Assembly: GCA_036986275.1 (NCBI GenBank)
Contig: BTRG01000002.1
Coordinates: 9,387-73,386, forward strand
Length of the DNA: 64,000 nt
Direction: 5' to 3'
Origin: Gammaproteobacteria bacterium
Lineage (GTDB): Bacteria; Pseudomonadota; Gammaproteobacteria; Acidiferrobacterales; SZUA-150
Numbering within the stretch: position 1 is the first letter of the stretch; each line of letters begins with the position of its first letter. The translations under genes and the position numbers were made by a program. The notes beneath the pieces are model-generated. The model saw nothing but the letters and a program-made list of their open reading frames with translations. It was not told the origin of the DNA and ran no database searches. Shown here piece by piece: positions 58,944 to 64,000 of this stretch.

Positions 58944-61412
58944 ATGTCGCAAACCACAATAAAAGGCTTCGCCGAACAAATCGGCATTACACCGGATAAA
59001 CTCCTGAAGCAATTGACCGCTGCCGGCCTGGACCAGAAAGGCGCGGATGACACATTGAGTGACGATGAGAAAATGTCATTACTGAGTTATTTGCGTGGTG
59101 GTCATGGTGCTGCCGAAGATGCGGCACAGAAGAAGATTACACTCAAGCGCAAGACCACAAGCTCCGTAACCCAGAGCACCCGTGGCGGACCCTCGCGTAC
59201 GGTACAGGTAGCCGTCAAGAAAAAGCGCACCTATATAAAGCGTGGTGCATTGCAGGAAGAGGCCGAGAAGGCAGCGAAGGAAGCGGCCGAGAAAGAGGCG
59301 GCGGAAAAGGCAGCGAAGGAAGCGGCCGAGAAAGAGGCGGCGGAAAAGGCAGCGAAGGAAGCGGCTGAGAAAGAGGCGGCGGAAAAGGCAGCGAAAGAAA
59401 CGGCCGGGACAGAGGCGGCGGAAAAGATTGTGCCAGCGCCCGTGTCTGAGGTGGTGCCACCTAAAAAGGCGGCCGCACAAAAAGGCAAGAAGACTGCAAA
59501 AGCCAAAGAAACCAAAAAAGCTGATGACCAGTTTGAACGCAAGGAATTGCGTATTGCCAAGGGCAAGCGTGCTCGCCGCAGTACGCCCGCGCCCAGACAC
59601 GATAAGAAAGTGGTTACCAGCATGTCCGGGCAGCACGGTTTTGAAAAACCGACCGAACCCGTGATACGCGAAGTCGAGTTACCTGAAACCATTACCGTGG
59701 CCGAGCTGGCACAACGCATGTCCGTGAAGTCAGCCGAATTGATCAAAATTATGATGTCTATGGGTTCCATGGTGACGATAAACCAGATTATCGATCGTGA
59801 TACGGCCACGATTGTTGTCGAGGAAATGGGGCACAAGGCCAGGGAGGCCAAACCGGAAAGTCCGGAACTGGACCTGGTTTCAGGCGCTCCGGAGGCCGAA
59901 GGGGTAACGCGATCCCCCGTCGTCACCGTGATGGGCCACGTGGATCATGGCAAGACTTCCTTGCTGGATTATATTCGCAGTTCCCGAGTTGCCAGTGGTG
60001 AGGCTGGCGGTATTACCCAGCATATTGGCGCTTATCATGTAGAAACTGATCAGGGCAACATCACCTTCCTGGATACACCGGGCCATGAGGCCTTTACGGC
60101 CATGCGTGCCCGTGGCGCCAAGGCTACGGATATCGTTATCCTGGTGGTAGCAGCCGATGATGGTGTGAAGCCGCAGACAATAGAAGCCATACAGCATGCG
60201 CGTGCCGCGGCGGCGCCATTGATAGTCGCGATTAACAAGATCGATAAACCGGAAGCGGATCTGGACAGGGTTCGACAGGAACTGTCCAGTCATGAGGTGA
60301 TCTCCGAGGAGTGGGGCGGTAGCGAAATATTCATCAATGTTTCCGCCAAAACGGGCCAGGGCATAGATGAGTTGTTGGAAGCCATACTATTACAGTCTGA
60401 AGTGTTGGAATTAAAAGCCGTAATGGATGGTCCTGCTGCCGGTATAGTCGTTGAAGCCAGGCTGGATAAGGGTCGCGGTCCAGTGTCTACCGTGTTGGTA
60501 CAGCGCGGCACCTTAAAGAAAGGCGATATCATTTTGGCGGGTCAGGAATATGGTCGCGTACGCGCCATGTTCGATGAGAATGGTAAGTCCGTGAAAGAGG
60601 CCGGACCTTCTACGCCCGTTGAAATCCAGGGCCTGTCGGGTGTGCCGGCAGCCGGTGATGAAATGGTTGTGGTTGAAAGTGAGCGCAAGGCACGTGACGT
60701 GGCGCTCTACCGACAAGGGGAATACAAGGATGTGCAGTCGGCACGTCAGCAGGCCGCCAAATTGTCCAATATGTTTGATCAGATGGGTGAGGGTGAGGTT
60801 GAAACGCTTAATCTGCTAATCAAGGCCGATGTGCAGGGTTCTGTCGAGGCGCTGTCAGAATCGTTGCAAAAACTGTCTACAGATGAAGTGCGTGTGAATG
60901 TGGTGCACAGCATGGTGGGGGGCATTAACGAGTCCGATGCCAATCTGGCAGTGGCTTCCAGCGCGATCTTGATCGGATTTAATGTGCGCGCTGATGCCGG
61001 TGCGCGACGCATTATTGAAACGCATGGCGTGGATTTACATTATTACAGTGTCATTTACGATGCAGTCAATGAGGTCAAGGACGCATTGAGTGGCATGCTG
61101 CCCCCGGAAGTGAAGGAGGAAATCGTTGGTCTGGCCGAGGTCAAGGATGTCTTCCGTTCACCCAAGCTTGGGGCGATTGCCGGCTGCCAGGTTGCTGAGG
61201 GCTATGTGAAACGTAACCTGCCCATACGCGTGTTGCGCGAGAACGTGGTCATCTATGAGGGTGAGTTGGAATCCCTGCGTCGTTTCAAGGATGACGTGAA
61301 TGAGGTCAAGGCCGGCACGGAATGCGGTATCGGCGTGAAAAATTACAACGATATCAAGGTGGGCGATCAGATCGAGGTCTACGAGCGGGTCGAAGTGGCG
61401 CGTAGTCTATAG
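58944..61412 (+). CDS. infB: Translation initiation factor IF-2
   Basis: G domain [16 protein letters not shown]...DTPGHEAF...NKID; 822 aa. Confidence 0.97.
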   Translation: MSQTTIKGFAEQIGITPDKLLKQLTAAGLDQKGADDTLSDDEKMSLLSYLRGGHGAAEDAAQKKITLKRKTTSSVTQSTRGGPSRTVQVAVKKKRTYIKRGALQEEAEKAAKEAAEKEAAEKAAKEAAEKEAAEKAAKEAAEKEAAEKAAKETAGTEAAEKIVPAPVSEVVPPKKAAAQKGKKTAKAKETKKADDQFERKELRIAKGKRARRSTPAPRHDKKVVTSMSGQHGFEKPTEPVIREVELPETITVAELAQRMSVKSAELIKIMMSMGSMVTINQIIDRDTATIVVEEMGHKAREAKPESPELDLVSGAPEAEGVTRSPVVTVMGHVDHGKTSLLDYIRSSRVASGEAGGITQHIGAYHVETDQGNITFLDTPGHEAFTAMRARGAKATDIVILVVAADDGVKPQTIEAIQHARAAAAPLIVAINKIDKPEADLDRVRQELSSHEVISEEWGGSEIFINVSAKTGQGIDELLEAILLQSEVLELKAVMDGPAAGIVVEARLDKGRGPVSTVLVQRGTLKKGDIILAGQEYGRVRAMFDENGKSVKEAGPSTPVEIQGLSGVPAAGDEMVVVESERKARDVALYRQGEYKDVQSARQQAAKLSNMFDQMGEGEVETLNLLIKADVQGSVEALSESLQKLSTDEVRVNVVHSMVGGINESDANLAVASSAILIGFNVRADAGARRIIETHGVDLHYYSVIYDAVNEVKDALSGMLPPEVKEEIVGLAEVKDVFRSPKLGAIAGCQVAEGYVKRNLPIRVLRENVVIYEGELESLRRFKDDVNEVKAGTECGIGVKNYNDIKVGDQIEVYERVEVARSL
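59265..59405 (+). repeat. 39-nt in-frame tandem repeat (about 3.6 copies) in the N-terminal region of infB
   Basis: The unit gaaaaggcagcgaaggaagcggccgagaaagaggcggcg encodes [13 protein letters not shown]. Copies start at 59265, 59304, 59343 and 59382 (partial) and are nearly identical. Confidence 0.9.
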
Positions 61413-61535
61413 CATTCTCTTGGAAACGCCTGTCTGGCGTTTACGGTTATTTATTTACGGATTCCTGATGTCTGGAACGTATTCCAAACAGAGTATTGTA
61501 GTGTGCCGAGAATTCAACGTGGGGGGTATTGCCTG

Positions 61536-61913
61536 ATGCACAGGGATAGTAATCGGCCACGACGAGTAGGCGAGTTATTAAAGCGCCAGTTGGTGCCGGT
61601 GATCGCCCAGGAATTGAATGATCCGGATGTCGGCGCCATTACCCTGACAGGCGTGGATACGGCACCCGACCTGAAATCCGCCAAGGTGTATTTTACCTGT
61701 CCACAAGACGGGGACGATCAAAAGCGCTCCAGGGTAATCGAGGCAGCACTGAATAGAGCGGCCGGTTATATTCGGCACTGTTTAAAAGAACGCGTGGAAT
61801 TGCGCGGCATTCCGCGCCTGCAATTCAAATACGATGATTCCATAGAACGCGGCAGTCGCATAGAACAATTATTGAGCGATGCCATGTCGGATTCACCGCG
61901 GAATAAAGATTAA
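61536..61913 (+). CDS. rbfA: Ribosome-binding factor A
   Basis: MHRDSNRPRRVGELLKRQLVPVIAQELNDPDVGAITLTGVDTAPDLKSAKVYFT aligns with the E. coli RbfA N-terminus. Confidence 0.92.
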   Translation: MHRDSNRPRRVGELLKRQLVPVIAQELNDPDVGAITLTGVDTAPDLKSAKVYFTCPQDGDDQKRSRVIEAALNRAAGYIRHCLKERVELRGIPRLQFKYDDSIERGSRIEQLLSDAMSDSPRNKD

Positions 61914-61928
61914 TTCACGGGGGTAGTC

Positions 61929-62849
61929 TTGGGTAAACGACGTCGTCACTGTGTCCATGTGGACGGTATCCTCTTACTGGATAAGGCCGAGGGCGCGACA
62001 TCCAACCAGGCGCTGCAGGAAGTGAAGCAGTTGTTTCGTGCCTGCAAGGCCGGTCACACCGGTAGCCTGGATCCCATTGCCACCGGCCTGCTGCCGTTGT
62101 GTTTTGGTGAGGCGACCAAGATTTCACAATTCCTGCTGGATGCCGATAAACGTTATCGCAGCATCTTCAGGCTGGGCCAGGAGACCACCACCTACGATAC
62201 TGAGGGCGATGTGGTGGCAGAAAGGCCGTTGACCCAGTCCCGGCGCCAGGTAGAGATGGCCATCAAGGATTTTATCGGACAGATAGACCAGATTCCGCCG
62301 ATGTATTCCGCTGTTAAGAAGAATGGTCAGGCCTTGTACAAGCTTGCCCGTCAGGGTGTGGAGGTGGATCGTGAGCCGCGTCGAGTGACAATCTTCGAGA
62401 TTGATGTGTTGGCATGGCCATCAGATGACGAGATTGAACTGGAAATCCGCTGCAGCAAGGGAACCTATGTCAGGGCCCTGGCTCATGATTTGGGACAAGC
62501 CCTGGGTTGCGGGGCACATATGGCGGCCCTGCGCCGATTGGGCGTGGGTAGCCTGAATATAACGGATGCCGTCACGCTTGAAAGCGTCCAGGAGATTGAT
62601 GATCCCAGGGGGCGTCAGGCCTTGCTGCACCCTATCGATCACGGCCTGCTGACACTGCCGGATGTCTCCCTGACCTCTATGGCGACGCACTATTTATTAC
62701 AGGGCCAGGCGGTGACGGCACGCCATCAATATGAGCCGGGCTGGGTTCGGCTCTATAGTGATCAACAGCAATTCCTGGGTATGGGCGAGGTATTGGACGA
62801 TGGCCGGGTGGCCCCCAAGCGCCTCATGCGAAGTGGCCAAAGGGCCTGA
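61929..62849 (+). CDS. truB: tRNA pseudouridine(55) synthase TruB
   Basis: DGILLLDKAEGATSNQALQEVKQLFRACKAGHTGSLDPIATGLLPLCFGEATK; TTG start. Confidence 0.95.
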   Translation: MGKRRRHCVHVDGILLLDKAEGATSNQALQEVKQLFRACKAGHTGSLDPIATGLLPLCFGEATKISQFLLDADKRYRSIFRLGQETTTYDTEGDVVAERPLTQSRRQVEMAIKDFIGQIDQIPPMYSAVKKNGQALYKLARQGVEVDREPRRVTIFEIDVLAWPSDDEIELEIRCSKGTYVRALAHDLGQALGCGAHMAALRRLGVGSLNITDAVTLESVQEIDDPRGRQALLHPIDHGLLTLPDVSLTSMATHYLLQGQAVTARHQYEPGWVRLYSDQQQFLGMGEVLDDGRVAPKRLMRSGQRA

Positions 62850-62868
62850 ATTTAAGGGAAAAATAGGC

Positions 62869-62897
62869 TTGAGACCGGGGGGATGCGCGGTTAGAAT
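62869..62897 (+). promoter_or_regulatory. Candidate rpsO promoter (TTGAGA-N17-TAGAAT)
   Basis: TTGAGA at 62869-62874 and TAGAAT at 62892-62897, 45 nt upstream of the rpsO ATG. Confidence 0.45.
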
Positions 62898-62942
62898 ACG
62901 CGCCCCTTGAATGTGAACATAGCGAAGGTAACGAGGTAAGAC

Positions 62943-63212
62943 ATGGCCCTGACGGCTGAGAATAAAGCGAGCATAGTCAGTGACTTTCAACAGCATGCGG
63001 GAGATACCGGTTCCGCGGAAGTGCAAGTCGCATTGTTGTCAGCACGTATTAATGATTTATCGGGACACTTCCAGTCCCATATCCACGACCACCACTCTCG
63101 TGTGGGCCTGTTGCGTATGGTGAACAAGCGTCGCAAGTTGCTGGATTATCTTAAAGACGAAAGCGTTGACCGTTATCGCGCACTGATCGAACGTCTCGGT
63201 CTGCGTAAATAA
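62943..63212 (+). CDS. rpsO: 30S ribosomal protein S15
   Basis: [71 protein letters not shown]. Confidence 0.97.
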   Translation: MALTAENKASIVSDFQQHAGDTGSAEVQVALLSARINDLSGHFQSHIHDHHSRVGLLRMVNKRRKLLDYLKDESVDRYRALIERLGLRK

Positions 63213-63233
63213 ACAAGACCGAGGAATAGATCA

Positions 63234-64000
63234 TTGGCAAAAATTACTAAATCCTTTCAGTACGGGGAGCACACCGTCACCCTGGAAACCGGTGAGATTG
63301 CTCGCCAGGCCAGCGGCGCCGTCGTCGCCAGTATGGGCGATACCATAGTATTGGCGACAGCTGTTGTCAGCAAACAATCACGCGGCGGGGATTTCTTTCC
63401 GCTGACCGTGGACTATCAGGAAAAGACTTATGCCGCCGGCCGCATCCCCGGCGGTTTTTTTCGTCGTGAGGGCCGCCCTGCCGAAAAAGAAATTCTGACG
63501 TCACGGCTGATTGACAGGCCTGTCCGACCCTTGTTTCCGGACGGGTATACCAACGAAGTTCAGGTAGTGATTACTGTGATGTCCGTCGATCCGGACATCA
63601 ATCCCGATATTGTTTCCCTGATTGGCGCGTCCGCCGCGTTGATACTCTCCGGTGCACCATTCAACGGCCCCATCGGTGCTGCCCGCGTCGGTTACAAAGA
63701 CGGTCAATACCTGTTGAATCCGGGCAAGGAAGCGCTTAAGGATTCCGATCTTGATTTAGTGGTCGCCGGCACCGAGAGGGCCGTGTTGATGGTGGAATCC
63801 GAAGCCAAGGTCTTGTCTGAAGACGTCATGCTGGGTTCGGTGATGTACGGCCATGAACAAATGCAGACCGCCATCAAGGCTATTCGCGAACTGGCCGCCG
63901 AGGTTGGTGTACAGACCGCTGACTGGCAGGCACCGGAGAAAGACACCACGCTGATGGACAGGCTGGCTGCCGTGGCCGAGGCCGATCTGGGTAAGGCCTA
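63234..64000 (+). CDS. pnp: Polyribonucleotide nucleotidyltransferase (PNPase), N-terminal part; continues past the window end
   Basis: This gene is not in the ORF track because it has a TTG start and no stop in the window. The translation [44 protein letters not shown]...[29 protein letters not shown] is canonical PNPase. GAGGAA lies 7 nt upstream of the TTG. Confidence 0.93.
   Translation, partial: MAKITKSFQYGEHTVTLETGEIARQASGAVVASMGDTIVLATAVVSKQSRGGDFFPLTVDYQEKTYAAGRIPGGFFRREGRPAEKEILTSRLIDRPVRPLFPDGYTNEVQVVITVMSVDPDINPDIVSLIGASAALILSGAPFNGPIGAARVGYKDGQYLLNPGKEALKDSDLDLVVAGTERAVLMVESEAKVLSEDVMLGSVMYGHEQMQTAIKAIRELAAEVGVQTADWQAPEKDTTLMDRLAAVAEADLGKA

Noticed and set aside
59242-59664. 140-aa Arg/Lys-rich ORF in an alternative plus frame of infB
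   Set aside because: It is generated by the purine-rich 39-nt tandem repeats, and the IF-2 frame is unambiguous.

Overview
This window reads as a gammaproteobacterial chromosomal segment that is mostly conserved housekeeping genes. As far as I recall, the order is largely colinear with the Pseudomonas smpB-to-pnp region. The order here is sbcB, ssrA (tmRNA), smpB, ratA-rnfH, bamE, fur, recN, nadK, hrcA-grpE-dnaK-dnaJ, dapB, carAB, greA, yhbY, rlmE-ftsH-folP-glmM, tpiA-secG-tRNA-Leu, a complete 14-gene nuoA-N operon, tRNA-fMet, rimP-nusA-infB-rbfA-truB-rpsO, and the start of pnp.

The unusual material sits in three places.

1. **1-1.4 kb, a field of gene remnants.** It holds the 3-prime end of an AbiEii-like toxin gene, a 172-bp MITE with 17-bp terminal inverted repeats and a 9-bp target duplication, a broken HTH-antitoxin gene and a frameshifted KTSC gene.

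2. **2.9-6.9 kb, the tmRNA/smpB locus, with two decayed islands.** Downstream of ssrA lie an N-terminally truncated P4-type integrase, a higBA module and an excisionase-like HTH gene. Between ssrA and smpB lies a roughly 1.4-kb islet bounded by a degenerate duplication of the smpB 3-prime end. It encodes a 361-aa AbiEi-like protein and a truncated partner gene.

3. **49.3-56.5 kb, a poorly characterised block between nuoN and tRNA-fMet.** It holds a membrane protein with a tandem-repeat lysine-rich tail, a secreted hypothetical protein, a rhodanese, a Ycf46-like AAA+ ATPase, EamA, a cupin, CysZ and a membrane hypothetical protein.

Other observations:
- a roughly 237-bp imperfect palindromic MITE-like element between fur and a GNAT gene
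- a perfect CIRCE operator at hrcA, with sigma32-type promoters at grpE and dnaK
- a multiply disrupted DUF4149-like gene between greA and yhbY
- a dihaem cytochrome c-DUF302 fusion
- a terminator hairpin inside the eamA leader
- in-frame tandem repeats in infB

I saw no CRISPR array, rRNA gene or intact transposase. I cannot point to a clearly novel multi-gene system. The best candidates for something undescribed are the AbiEi-like islet and the 49-53 kb block. All homology statements come from reading the translations from memory, not from database searches.
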